Below are positions 24,601 through 39,600 of a DNA stretch of 64,000 nucleotides, one piece after another. Made by a program: the position numbers and the translations under genes. The notes below the pieces were generated by a model. That model searched no databases and was not told where the DNA came from. It saw only the letters and a program-made list of their open reading frames with translations. Position 1 is the stretch's first letter. Each line of letters begins with the position of its first letter. This DNA comes from Chiloscyllium plagiosum (taxonomy: Eukaryota): assembly GCF_004010195.1 (NCBI RefSeq), contig NC_057719.1, positions 66,175,049 to 66,239,048 on the forward strand, written 5' to 3'.

Positions 24601-27600
24601 AGGGACTCCTGACTTTGGTCGGCCTGGAGTAGGGATTCTTGGTTGTGTCAGCGAGACAACGGAGGCATGACGAGCCGGGATATCCTGGGGCATCGGTGCT
24701 GTCATTACTGCAGCCAGAATGGGGACTCCTTGTGGCCAACTTTGTAGAGATATCGCAGAAGCCCTGGAGACATGTTTGGGACACTGATTGATGAAGCTGA
24801 ACTCTACTTCGGTACTTCCTTTATTATTCTTTTGTAACATAAAATAGCACTGGATTGTGGCAACAAAACAGGGGCGGCACAGCAGCTGCCTCATGGTGCC
24901 AGGGACCTGGTTCAATTATACCCTCAGGCAACTGTCTGTGTGGAGTTTGCACATTCTCCCCGTGTCTGTGTGGCTTTCCTCTGGGTGCTCCAGTTTCCTC
25001 CTACAATCCAAAGATGTGCAGGTTAGGTGAATTGGCCATGCTAAATTGTCCATTGTGTTCAGGAATGTGTAGGTTAACTGCATTAGTCAGGGGTAAATAT
25101 AGGGTAGAGGAATGAATCTGGGTGGGTTACTCTTCAAAGGGTCGGTATGAACTTGTTGGGCCAAAGGGCCTGTTTCATTGAACATAGAACAATTAGAATG
25201 TAGTACTGGCCTTTCGGCCCTCGATGTTGCACCAACCTGTGGAACCAATCTGAGGCCCATCTAACCTAAACTATTCCATTCTCATCCATATGCCTTTCCA
25301 ATGACCGTTTAAATGTTCTTAAAGTTGGTGAGTCTACTACTATTGCAGACACTGCGTTCCACGCTCCCCACCACTCTCTGAGTAAAGAAACTACCTCTGA
25401 CATCTGTCTTATATCTATCACCGCTCAATTTAAAGCTATATCCCCTCGTGCTAACCTTCACCATCCGAAGAAAAAGGCTCTCATTGTCCAACTTATCTAA
25501 CCCTCTGATTATCTTGTATGTCTCAATTAAGTCACCTCTCAACCTTCTTCTCTCTAACAAAATCAACCTCAAGTCCTGCAGCCTTTCCTCGTGAGACCCT
25601 CCCTCAATACCAGGCAACATCCTAGTAAATCTCCTCAGAATCCTTTCCAAAGCTTCCACATCATTCCTATAATGCGGTGACCAGAACAGTATGCAATACT
25701 CCAATACAGCAGAGTTTTGAACAGCTACCGCATGATCTTATGGTTCTGAAAGTCAATCTCTCTACCAATAAAAGTTAACACCCAACATGCCTTCTAAACA
25801 ACCCTATCAACCTGGTTGGCAGCTTTTAAGGATCTACGTACCTGGATACCAAAATCTCTCTGCTCATCTACACTACCAAGAATCTTACCATTTGCCCAGT
25901 ACTCTGCATTCCTGTTACTCCTTCCAAAGTGAATCACCTCAAACTTTTCCACACTGTAGGGATTCTAATTCTAATTCTAAAAACACTCTTTACTGTATCT
26001 TTCTTGATATATGTGACACGAAAATCATTTGCTCATCCTGACAAGTCTGTTGTGTATTTGTCGCATTTTATGTTATACTATTTTAGACAGAAATGATTTA
26101 ATCATTTTGACAAAGGAACTGTACAATACATGTATTTGTCTCTTCTCTCCATTACTGCTTCCCAATTTTCTAAATTTTATCAGCATTTTTAATTGTTGTT
26201 ATGGTTTAAACCTCTCTCTTTTAGTAATTTGCATTTCTAAATATATTTGACTTGGATTTACTATGGCTATTACACGTGATGCCATCATCCCCGTGACAAA
26301 CACGCAACAAACTAATCAGAGCAAGTGGATAATGACATAAATGAGAACAGATGACACTGTGTAGAAATAATTCAGTGTGATATTACTGGATTCAGCCCAC
26401 AATTCATGTATTATTTCAGCCTCTATTTAAAATCATTAGGGCTGCCTAAATTTTCAAATTGTAACCGTCGCCATTTATGAGTCATCAGATTATTTCCAAG
26501 TTGGTTATAAATCTAATACCACAAGCTGCCGTCAAGCATCAGCACAGCCAGATATAGCTGGAACATCTTCCAAATAAATGCTATAGGTGAAGGTCCATAA
26601 CAATATCAACTATCAAGTATCACAGAAACTACAGAGCAAATCTTGAGTCTATTACTGCACAGAATACTGTTAGAAAATAAAATGAAAGTGACACATTATA
26701 ATTAGCCTCTGTTACCATAGCCAAGTGTACAATATGGCCATTTTATTTAACACTCACTTATTTTTAAAACAACTTACAGGCAAGTAAACATTTCATTGTA
26801 ATAAAGTAATGCAATGTGATAGCCAATAGATTATTTTGTTTGACTCGATGCTTTTTTGCAGCTACAGGCTTATATTTTATGCTGATCTAAGAAAAGCAAA
26901 TTGATACTGCACACTTTACGATGCATACAAGATGCACTAAAGATTTTAAATTAAATTTTAGACAGTGCAGTAGAAATTGGTCCTTGTTGTATGATTAGAA
27001 ATTTGGGTTCACAGTGCAAATCCTTTCTGGTCAGATTCCCATCAAGCAATATTCCTTGCCAGGAGAATGGGTTTCTAACGTTACTTTGGAAAGACACTTT
27101 CTTACCTTCCCATATGTCCAGCCAAGCTCGATTTTGTTCATTGCCCAAAGTTCATGAATGTTTTCAGCCAGTTTGCTCTGTACTTTCTCAAGATGTGAAG
27201 GTAAAACAATCTGAATAAAAGGAATGAATGTAGAGTGAAGTCAAAATCAAATGCATGAACTACTGGAAAAGATATTCATTTTTTAGAATTAATGCTCAAA
27301 TTCAGCCTTCCTGGAAAGTCTACTCTTCTTCACATGGTGTTGTTCTGCTGTGAGAGAGATACAAAATTAGTAGACCACCTCAGCTCCCTGACCATAACTG
27401 AGCCACCAACGGCCCCCAAACAAACTCCATTTTGCAGGTGCCTTCTGCATGGTCCAAGCTGACAGGGTGATCTAGGTAGCCTCCCCTTCTAGAAATGTGG
27501 TCCCTGTAAAAAGAAGATGCAGTCATGCCTTGAAGATTGCTGATTAATAATGGTTCAGCATTCAGGGAGATGCAGTGATAAACCAGAGGAAGGAAAAGGC

Positions 27601-30600
27601 TTTATAGTACCGTCCTGGGCCCAGGAGACAACATCTAGATAGGGGACAACATCTCCGGTGGGAAGCAGAACGCACTTGGGATATATCCTGCAAAAGGAAT
27701 GGGAGGAGGTAGAATGGGATATGAAAGTCCATCAAGCAAGAACGCTGCACTAAGTTAATGACATCACTTAGGTGACCAAGATGCATTCATATCTCTTCCA
27801 CCAGGTCACACACCTCTCACTCTGTTCAATGCACCACTCCCTTATCATTCAACTAGCAACACCATAACACTCAGAGTTTACCCTGAACATTCTGACAATG
27901 CACTTCACCCCAATACACTAACCAATGGTGCCAATTGCTTATCCACCTCTCAGTGTTTTCTAGATAGTAGACAGACTTTCAGGACTCAGAAGGTGAGTTA
28001 CAAATCCCAGAACCTTCAGCATCTGAGCTGATCTTGTAGCCACAATCTGTTTGGGCCATTTATTAATAGAGGGTTGGAAATGGAACACTGTTTTTCAATT
28101 ATTAGCACTGATATTCTTGAACTACTAAAATAGCAGAACTAAGATGATGGAAGTAGACAAAAAGAATCTTTTTTTTAAATCAAACAACTTGAGGTTTGCA
28201 GTACCTTGCAAATCTTTAGCAACATCAGAAGCTCATCAGTAATGACTGGGTCCACTTACAACTCTTAACCTGAAAATTATATTTGTAATCAAATATGTCC
28301 TCATTGTCCTGTCTTACATTCCAAGAATTAATGTGTCACTGGGTTTTTGTTTAGTTGGTCAGTATTTAGCGAATTGAAGAATGATCCAATACCAAGCATC
28401 AGATCTGTTTGGAAAGTCCATTCTCACAATCACAAACCGAAAGTGCCAAAATTACTATCCTTTATTATGGTGTCGCATAAATTCATTACAATTTTGTGAT
28501 TTTTAGCAGCTAAACAATACAAAAACCAAAATTTGTTATTTGTGGTTCAAAAACTAAAATTAATTGCAAATGGAAATTTATAGTAATAAATGATTGTAAC
28601 TTTGGCATTTTAAGTTTGTGATTTATTTCAGGAGGTTTACGTACCTGACTGGTATCTACGGGCTTGGGGATGAAGGAGGCCTGGGAAAGATAGGTTGTCG
28701 TCCCTAGGAAATCTCGAACACCATTATAATCTCTCTTGTATTCCTTGATTGGCTCCAATCTCAACTTCTCCTTTGGAAGAAGTGCTTCATAGCAAGGTGC
28801 ATATCCTGGGGGAGGCAAGAACCTAAAATCTCCATGGTGACCACCAATCAAAAATCGTACTCTTGAAGAAAGGACAAGAAAGGTAAAGATGAATCACAAG
28901 TCATTCTTTCAAAATAGGCAAGATAAGTATGGTTCTTTGCATCAACATATGCTTAGAAAATCCTATACTAATAAATTGAGGGCCAATATATTCCTTTCCC
29001 CACAATTCCACTCCACACCCCAACAATCCCCCATGTCCACCATGCTCCTCTACCACAATCACCAGCAAACATCCCACCCATCAGCCTGCCCACAAGTTGG
29101 TATGGAACATCCACTTGTTCTGGGGAAAGCCTGGGTTCCCTCAGGCCTGTCCTCAGTAGAACTGGGAAAAAAAAACACAAGAGAAGCCTGCAGGTATGTT
29201 TCTGATAACAGCATCTTAAACTCTTAGCTGCTGCTCAAGATGATCCAAAGGTGGTGCTGGACAGAGGACAATAACTGAATGATCTTGTCCAACCTACTAC
29301 CATTCTCTTTCTTTGGAGCATCCTATAATTCTCAGAGTTTCCTCTAATCTACACAGAGTCCTGGCACATGCCTCAACGCTAACTTTTCAGGACACATTTC
29401 CTTTTAGCTACAGCCAGGCAGAGCTTGCCCCAATAGTTTGTATAAGCAACGCCTTAGAATCAGGGTGGTGCAATAGAGACCAGGTCCAACTCTTCAACTT
29501 TGCACTTCCCAGATGCAACATCGAGAAAAACCAATTGTACAACTGCCCAGTTTTATTGTGACTTCCTGTTAAACATGGATGTCCCACGGTATTCTTTGCA
29601 CTATGCTGTGCATAAAAATACTTCAGACCTAAAGTACTGCATCACATTTCAATTTTTCTCAGACAAGTACTTTTGAGATTGATGGGAGAAAGATTTATTT
29701 TGGCTCCAATATCAAACCACAGTCATTTGGACAGGATTTGCAATGGGACTGTAATAAACCATTGTCCACAACTATACACATCTCCAATTCCACATGGCGG
29801 AATTTGATCTTTAAGTCACATCGGGAAAATATGCTGTACATATGGCAGAATATTACACTCTGCCTCACCCCTCTCACCCCAGCAGCATTCTTGTAGAGAG
29901 GATTGGTGAACATGGTGAGCGTAATGAAATTATGTGGGATTACCTTCTCACCGCCACTAGCATTTTACTCACAGCCAAGAAGACAGCAAATAGCATGGCT
30001 GCCCTTTGGTTAATAATGGCTCTAAAGTGGTCATTAAAAGCCAGTTATTTGCCTCCTTTTGTTTATCACCAGCAGATGTTCCATCTTGCCACATGTGAAG
30101 GGTACCCATAAAGCCTGGCAGCCTGCCTGTTAGCTTTCTGGTGGCAACATCAGGGTCTGTCACTGCCATTGCGCCTGCGCAATGTCCCAGTGCTCATGTA
30201 ACATGCACAAATTATTCATTCAAAACCATTTTTTCTCAAACTCGGTGTCCTCTGACAATTTTGTCTCTCACCGAATCTGCTGACCAACATTCCCCCTCCC
30301 TGAGTGCTTAGATGCACCCTAAGTGTTACAGGTCCCACCACTGAAATGATTATGAGGAACACTCCCTGGATGGTGGTATATCAGTGCTGGAGCTTTCTGG
30401 CTATCTGAGTCTAAATAGTGGACCGGGTCCTTGAAGCTTTTGTCTATAATTATACTTTTGCAATGCAAACAGATAAGATAAACTTACTTGGCGCCTGCAG
30501 AAAAACTGACTACAGGGAAGAAGAGGCCATCAGTGTTGAAGCTCTCAAACATTCCTTGCACTGGTTGTCCATTAATGCGGAAAGATATACTAGGAACACC

Positions 30601-33600
30601 CAAATCCAGGCAACAACTAACTACATCATCAGAGTTCAGTATGTGTTGATTAGCTGACGTTACAGCTCTGGCCACTCGACCTGTTACGGAGGAAAACATA
30701 CAATGCTAATTGATTATACAACATTGACATCATCATCAAAATTCTTTATTTGATCTACTGTGACAATTTTACTTCCAATAGGAATAGGATGACAGGAAGA
30801 GGAAGAATCTTGGGAGTTACTGAATTGTGACTACACACATTTTAAAAATTGAACAAATATAACCTTCAGAAATGAAGCCCAACTATTTGCAGCAAAGTTC
30901 CACAGGGTAGCCATTCAAAAATCTCAGCCAAAAGACCATTTAAAAGGAAAAACATATTTTCATGCTTGGACTTCTTTTTTCAGGTGTTAGGAGGGTTTAC
31001 AGAGTGTCACAAGCTAAGAGAATCATGATAGCTTTTTGGGTACTTTACACTTCAATGATTGGAGGCCAGATAGATATTAATGGAGTCACAGCCTTTCCTA
31101 TTCATGAATGCTGTTGTCTGCTGCCTGGATGGTTACTTGTGTGCAATCAATGACATTTAAGAAGTGATAGAAGCCAACTATTGCTGTGAATTTCAAATGC
31201 CTTTGCATCAGATGTGGCGGCACAGTGGCACAGTGGTTAGCACTGCTGCTTCACAGCGCCAGAGCCCCGGGTTCAATTCCCACCTCAGGCAACTGTCTGT
31301 GTTGGAGTCTGTGTGGAATGTGTCTGCACATTCTCTATGCTAATTACACTTCTTTCATGTGTAAACCACAAAACCTTTTTTTTAAAAAGTTGCATTCTCG
31401 GGTTAGCTGTTAACAATGATGATAGCTAGACAATATGTTGAAGGTGTTGGCTCCCTGTGTTCTCCGTCAATGCCATAATGCTTAGATTGATTCTAATCTA
31501 AAAAATGAGATAACGGAGTTTTACATAAATTCATACAGTTTTACATAAAACTCATAGACAGAGAACACAGGGGGGTAACACCTTCAACATATTGTCTAGC
31601 TATCACCATTGTTAACAGCTAACCTGAGAATGCAACCTTTTTAAAAAAAGGTTTTGTGATTTACACATGAAAGAAGTGAAACTATCACTGTATTCTAATA
31701 GATGAAAGGCTTAACAGACAATCAATTTTTCAATGTATAATTTCAGTTACATCACACTGTAAATTTTTGCTATAAATTCTGTATTATGATTGAGCCCTCC
31801 ACTATCACCTGATGAAGGAGCGTCGCTCCGAAAGCTGGTGTGCTTCCATTTAAACCTGTTGTACTACAACCTGGTGTTGTGTGATTTTTAACTTTGTACA
31901 CCCCAGTCCAACACCAGCATTTCCAAATCATGATTGGGTTCTACAAATTGAGAAATGGAAATAAATGTCCACTTTAGCAAGGAGAGAGTGCCAAACAAGG
32001 TAAAGGCTGTGCTAACTTTGAGAGACAAAACAGCAGCCTCCTTTGCTTTGTCCTTCATATGGATCCTAAGAAGTGACCAACGGGTTTGGATCAACTGCCT
32101 GGTTAAGTGTCTCACCCAAATTTCCTTTCAATAGAAAGAATTCCTTCCTTTTCAACCTTTTGCTGAAAAAATTTCATTATCATTTTCATCGTTCACTAAT
32201 ACATGAATATACAAGTCAAGAGCAGTGGGAGGTCAATCAGCCTGTGGAGTTCTGCTCTGCTGTTCAATAAGACTTTGATTTAAAAAATGTTCAAAAAATT
32301 TTCACAGGATGTGGGCGTCACTAGCTAGGCCTGCTCATTCATTGCCAATCCCTAATTGTCCAGAGGGCAGTTAAGAGTCAACCACATTGCTGTGGGTCTG
32401 GAGTCACAAAAATGCAAGATCTATTAAGGATAGCTGTTTCCTTCCCTAGCGGACATTAGTGAACCAGTTGGGTTTTTCTAATAATCAACAACAGTTTCAT
32501 GGTCATTATTGGACTCTGAATTTCAGATCTGTTACTTAATTCAAAATTCACCATGACATGGTAGGATTGGAACTCAGGTGCCCAGAGTATCACCTAGGTC
32601 TCTGGATTAATACCACTAGGCTGGTATCTCCCCTGATTATCTTCCCAAATCACAAATCCACCGATCTCTATCACCCCTTTGTTATTCAAGCATCTGTAAA
32701 CATCTGCTTTAAAAATAACTAGACTCTGTGTCCACTGTGATGCAAGGGAAAGAACTCCAAAGACTAAAACGTCTCACAGAAAAAAGTTTTTCCTTATCTC
32801 TGTCTTAATTGGGAACCACCTTAATTTTAAACTGTGCAACCTCATTCTAGTCTCTCCCACAAAGGAAAACATCCTTACAGCATACATTTTTTCAAGATCC
32901 CACAAATCTCATATGTTCCAACAAGACCAGCTTTTATTCTTCTAAACTCAGATAGACACAGGCTGAGCTTGTCCACATTACCTCATAAGATAAACCCTTC
33001 ATCCCACTTCATGTAGTTGAGTGAACTTTCTCTGTGCAGTTTCAAAGGTATTTATATCCTTTCTCCACAACCCTTTCTCAACAGTTTGTCAATGAGTCTG
33101 TCAATTCCAATTGCATTCCTCATGGCAACGCCTTAACCAATCAGAGAGCACCTGCCTAGTCTGATGTCAATCAGCCAGCTGAGACTGACAGTTAACAGAC
33201 GCTGCTGCATCCACATGCCAACCATAATTAAAACAAATCAGACCCTCTTCTTATGTTGTACAAGAACACAAAAGCTTGGAGCAGGGGTAAGTAATTCAGA
33301 TTCTTGAGCCTGCTCCACCATTTAATACAATCATGGCTTGTCTCACCACAGCCTTTCAGCCCACTCTCCATAACCCTTCAACTCATTACCAATTAAAATG
33401 TCTACCCCCTCCTTGAATTTACTCAAGTTGGTGTTTGAGCTCTCATGTTTGGGTTCTGAGGAGTACAAGATGAAAACTTTTATCTTTGTGTCATTTTTAA
33501 GCAGTCTTTGAGTTTTTACCATTAAGCAATGATTCACAAAAAGCACTGGAACTTTTGACCGTCTTGAATGGGACTCATGCTTCATCTTAGCTGTAATTGT

Positions 33601-36600
33601 AGGGTCAGGGAAGCTGAGAATATTCCCTCAGCAGGATTCTTTCATGTTGGGGAAGTGGGTGGTAATAATAATGCTAGACATAGTTAGTAATAATGTGTTC
33701 ACTGACATTCATTTTAGGTTCAAGCAGGGCCATTTGGCTCCTGACATTATCATAACCTTGGTCCAAACATGGATAAAAGAGCTATATACCAGAGGTGAGA
33801 TGAAACATTGAGGACCGAAAGGCCTGTACTGCGCTGTAATGTTCGATGAAAGTAACTGCTCTTGGCACCAAGAAAAAATTTGACCAAGGAGCCCGGGCAA
33901 GGCTGGAGTTAATGACAATGAGCGGGAAAGCACTCTACTGATTGGAGTTGTACGAGCATAAAAGAAAATGGTGTGGTTGTTCAGTGTCAAACATTTCAGT
34001 CCCAGGGCATCATGGCAAGAACTCCACAGGGTAATTGCATCCATCATAATGACTTTCTTTCCATCATAAGGCTGTACTGTGGATTTTTGCAAATGATTGA
34101 ACAATGTTTAGCAGTTTCTCCGTATCCTCAGATCCTCATACAGTGCATGTCAACACACGCCAAGACCTGAACAACATTCAAGATTGGATTGATGTGGTCA
34201 GTATTAGCACCACAGGGTACCAGGCAATTACCACTGCCACCATGAGCGAATCTAACCACTGTCCCTTACCATCACTGAAAATAAGAAATGTTTTTTGACC
34301 ACATTGACACTGAGAAATCAAGAGCTAAATGGGCATTATTTGTAATTCACAAATTACTTTTCTATAAATTATCCTTGCACAAATGGAATTGAATAATGAA
34401 TATGATATATATATATATGTAAGATATTGAATAACCATTTGCTTATCTAAGGAAATCTGATTTGAGTGATCATGTTAAATTAGTTATTGAGCATTCCATC
34501 AAAACATCAAGTGTAAGAAAATCCTTCTTGTAAATTACCTTAATATTTGCTTTTAACATAGCTAAGGTATGTTTGTACAGGTACAAACCTGACCACAAAT
34601 GAAGTCCATCAAATCCATAGGAATACAGATCATCTCCCACTCCATTGCCTCCCCATCCTTCCCCACCTCCTGGATAGGGAGCATAGCCCTTTGCAGATGC
34701 CCATCCAACACGCAAGTGAATAGGATCAGCTGTCAAGAAGTGATTGACCTGATCAACAACAAGCTCATAATACCATTTCTTGTACTGAGCTGATCCTTCA
34801 CTGGTTCCCAAGAAAATGTTCGGTCTTATGCTAAAGAAAAAAGGCAATATAAAATGATCATCAGTACTGTATCTTCATGAACTGATAAACAAGATACAAA
34901 GTTAAATTGCAAATGACACTTTGTATACATTTTCTTTTAGATAGTATATTTAATTTCATCAGCTCACTCACTTTTGAATTATTGTAGCGCAGATATTAAC
35001 TGTGCCTGGCTAGCATAAAAAGGATAGACATATGGTTAATACTTATGTTGCTCTACTGCTGAGTGCCAGTGTGACCTTTAAAAGGTATTGCCCAGAAATT
35101 TCCCAAGGCTTGGGAGAAGCGATAGGAGGTAAACCTCTCCTTCACCCCCTCCCCTATGAAATTCCTGGCTTGACAAATCACTGACAGAAGACCAATTCCA
35201 CATCAATGCCTTGACTGGGTCACAATTAAATGTAAAATATTTATTAGTTTGTTCACAGTTTGGTATGGTATGAATTCATCGAAACACTGTGGAGGTGACT
35301 AGTCCTGAAAACTGGAGAGTAGAAAAAGAAGTCAGGATGATTATTAAATGATAAGAAAGCACAATACAGGGCATAGGATTGATTTATTCCTTTTAGCAGA
35401 TGAGTCAACAATCAGAGGGCATAAGACACAAAGTAATTGTTAGAGGATTAATGGGGAATTTCTTTCACTCAGAGGTTGGTGGTGGTCTGGAACTGTTTGC
35501 CTGAAAGAATGATAAAGGAAGAAACTCTAACCAGATCAAAGATATAGATAGATATAGAGATCAGCAGAGAGGTATTTGCATTGCAGTGACTGACAGGACT
35601 ACAGACCAAGAGCTGATAAGTGGAATCAGGCTGGCTGGATCTTTACGATAAGCACAGAAACAATGGCCCACATGGCCCCCTTTGCACCTTAAAATTCTCA
35701 GGTTTTCAATTAAAGAGAAATGAACATAAAGTTGCATTACCTTGTCACATTGTTAACTAAGCGGGTTTGCAGCAGTAAATCACGACGAGGTAGCAGATTG
35801 TCACAGATCAGGTTTTGATTAGCTCGTATAGCAACACCATTACAGACACAAAGAGAAGACAGCAGGTTCAACACCTAAAAACAAACAAACAAACAAACAT
35901 CAAGATCTAAACAATCTGAGATTATAGTTTCCAATCATAAGTTAATTTATCACTAAACTAATATCGGGAAGAAATTGCGGATCCACAGTTATGACTGGGT
36001 CACTGTCATTAACATCATTTGAGGCTAAGGTTTGAAAGTAAAAGGTAAAGTCATCATAGTCTTGGCAGACCGTAGAGCTACACTCCCATTAGAGGGCGAT
36101 GACTGGTGGAAGCCACCAATCCTCAGGCAAGGGAAGAGGTTGAGAAGAAACGTCTTTCATCGTAACCCCAGCTGGTGTGGGAATTGAACCATCACTGTTG
36201 GATCACTCTGCATCACTAAGTAACCATTCAGCCAACTGAGCTCACTGAACCCCACTTTTACTGTTCTTTCAAAATTATATTTTATTCCTAAAATTATATT
36301 TTTTATATATATTGTCACAACTGCAGTTTGGTTCTGTACAGTAGCATATGAAGGAACATTAGAATTTGACTCAACAAGGCATTTCTTACTTGTGCAGGAT
36401 TATATTAACATATACCTGAGGATCCACCCCCCACCCCCTTAACTTCAGCAGAAAGACCTCAGGTGGTAGTATTTCCCCATTGTAGCTTGGCAGCAGATGC
36501 CGCAACCTTTAGTGCTTTCCTCAACATATAGATTACTAGATTAGATTAGATTACTTATAGTGTGGAAATAAGGCCTTCGGCCCAACAAGTCCACATCGAC

Positions 36601-39600
36601 CCTCCGAAGAGCAACCCACCCAGACCCATTCCAATACATTTACCCCTTTACCTAACACTATGGGCAATTTAGCATGGCCAATTCACCTAACCTGCACATC
36701 TTTGGACCGTGGGAGGAAACTGGAGTACCCAGAGGAAACCCACGCAGACGCAGGGAGGAATGTGCAAATTCCACACAGACAGTTGTCTCAGGTGGGAATT
36801 GAACCCGGGTCTCTGGCGCTGTGAGGCAGCAGTGCTAACCACTGAGCCACTGTGCCACCCAACACGGTGCAGTACGTGACCTTGGAATAGTCTTAATTAA
36901 ATTGCTTTATTCTGTTTCAGTTTCCTGAATCAGAACACTCACGTGGAAGAAAATATCCTGAGGTCAGTTTTAGCCAGCCCAGATTGGGGGTGGAGATAGG
37001 GGATGGGTTGGAAATGGAGAGATTTCAATACAGTGGACTGACCTGCTTCCATTGAAATGTCACAAACCACTTACCCTCAGTTAGGTGGCAAAGGTTCCAG
37101 TCAGAAGGCCCGGAAGCTCCATGAGCTTATGCAAAGCAGGGAGCTGTTTAGACAATGAAACTCTGAAAGGAGGAGAAAGTGAGCACTGCAGATGCTGGAG
37201 TCGAAGACTGTTGTGCTTGAAAAGCACGACCAGTCAGGCAGCATCCGAGGAGCAAGAGAGCTGATTCCTGATGAAGAGCTTATGCTTGAAATGTCAATTC
37301 TCCTGCTCCTTGAATGAAACTCTGAATACGTGTCCCAAGCAGGGAACTTGTTGCAGCTTTCCCACCAGATAAGGGTGGAGCAGCAACTCCCAGTGCAACA
37401 GAGGCTGAACTGGCTGCAAGCCTGCAGCTGTTTTCCACCTATCTCGCCCATTCACTGGCAGCTGATAGACCAGGTGTATTTCAGTCCTAGCACCTAAAAT
37501 AAGCCAAGCCTCGAATTTTGCTCTTGTTCTACCCTCCTGCTCGCTATCAACTTGCAGGGAGTGAAAATTTAACTCCTGCCTCCAAAAAGTAAAATTGATC
37601 ATATTCCAAAACTTTTCCTATTAGCTGACACAGACAGGCAATAAACTGTCCAAACCTCCCATCTGAAGAGGAATAGGGGAAAAAAAAACAGAAAACTTTA
37701 GAGAAATGGATACAGTGACGCTACTGGGTTAAAAACTGCTCTAAAAACCAATGGGAACTGCATTCAAAATTAGGCAAGATTAATGGATGAAGAACTCCTG
37801 GAGTACAGTCCCTTGTGAAAAGTAGCTCATGGGGGTATAAGACTATGGCACAAAACTAAAGCTAATCCCACCTTGGGTGCTAATCTCTGTCAAAGAGGCA
37901 ATAGGATGGTTCTGGTGGAAATAGGTTAAAATAGTACAATAGGGCATTAGCGAGCTGCTCATTTGGCAGTGAACATAGTGCTTTATTCAGAATTTGGCTG
38001 TGCCATATTTGACATCAGAATGCTTGAAATGGGATGCATCCCATTTTTCAACACGAACATCCCTCACCTCCAATAGTTGTAAAGTGGACAAACACTGGAA
38101 ACTGTCAAAGACAGTTATTTCAAAAAGTACATTGAGGAGAAAGAAGAAAATTAAACTTGGTATTGTTACTTGAGCAACCTGCGTAGTGAGCAAAATCATG
38201 TTAATTTGAGTTACAGTGCCCATATTCAAAGTATGGAGGACTTTGACCTGCAAAGCTTTGATAAATATAACATAACAGATAATCAATTTATTAATAAAAT
38301 AGAATGAAATAGAATTGCAACTATAAGGAGATTTGCTTTTAGAATACCTGAAAATATTCCAACCTGGGATAGATACAAGACAGTTCAGTCTTGTCAGTTG
38401 TTTACAAAGTAATCTTTACTTTAGACCTTAAATGCATAAAAATGTCTGTTGGGGTTGGAAATAATGGAAGTATTAATTTAATACTACCTAGCTAATAAAA
38501 ATGTAATTCCTTACAGCAAAAGAGTTTGGACTGTTGGCGGGGTTGCAATAGTTTGACTATCTACAGGTCTTTTTTGAAATAGGATAGCATCTTCAAAGTA
38601 TTCATCTGACACCATGGGATTCTGCTTTAATGCTGATGGAATTCTGCAGGTTTCTTCAAGGTCAATATTGCATGGGCTCTCTCTTCCGATTTAAGTGTTG
38701 GAATGTGCCCTTCAATGCCCTCCATACCCAACCCCTCCAAATATTCAGAACTTGATTTGGATTTTAACAGAGTACAGTAAGAGAACTTGGGTTACATCTT
38801 GGCTGATCGCCAGCAAGAAGTAGAATCATAGAATCCCTACAGTGCGGAAAGAGGCCATTCAGCCCATTCAGTCTGCACCATCCTTCCAAAGAGCATCCCA
38901 CCCAGACTTAGACACTCAGTATGTCCCACGGCTAATCCACCTAGCTTTTAGATTCCTGGACAACATAGGCAATTCACCTAAACTGCACATCTTTGGACTG
39001 TGGGAGGAAACTGGGGGAGCACCCAGAGGAAACCCAAGCAGACACATGGAGAATGTACCAAACTGTGCACAGTCGCCCAAGGGTGGAATCAAACCCAGGT
39101 CCCTGGCACCGGGAGACAGCAGAGCTAACCACCGAGCCATCATTGAGTCCATAAGCAGAAACTGACTGTCACACTGCCCAAATTGTGTCCCAGCATTCAG
39201 AATTCTTTCAAAGGTCAATCCTCTCCCTTTATACTGGAGTCTGATTTCTCCCAATGCCTGTTTCACTGGAGTTCCTCCAGACTGCGTCTTCAGTCCAATC
39301 ATCATTTGCTGGTCTGTCAATTATCCTTCTTTCAACGTGATATCAGAATTGGGGATGTTCACTGATGTTCAGCACAGTGCGCTATGTTCAGCACCATTCA
39401 CAACTCCTAATGTACTGAAGTAGTCCAAGTCTACATGCACTAGCAAATGCTGGAGAATCAGATTCAAAAAATGTGACACTGGAAAAACAGCAGGTCAGGC
39501 AGCTTCGAAGGAGCAGGAGAGTCGACATTTCGGGCATAGGCCTTCATCCCATTCCTAATGAAGGGCTTATGCCTGAAATGTCGACTCTTCTGCTCCTTGG

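Noticed and set aside
34470..34588. ORF continuing past exon ends with weak GTTTGT donors (also 1681-1743)
   Set aside because: Homology stops at the GT, and exon lengths and phases fit the conserved RyR structure.
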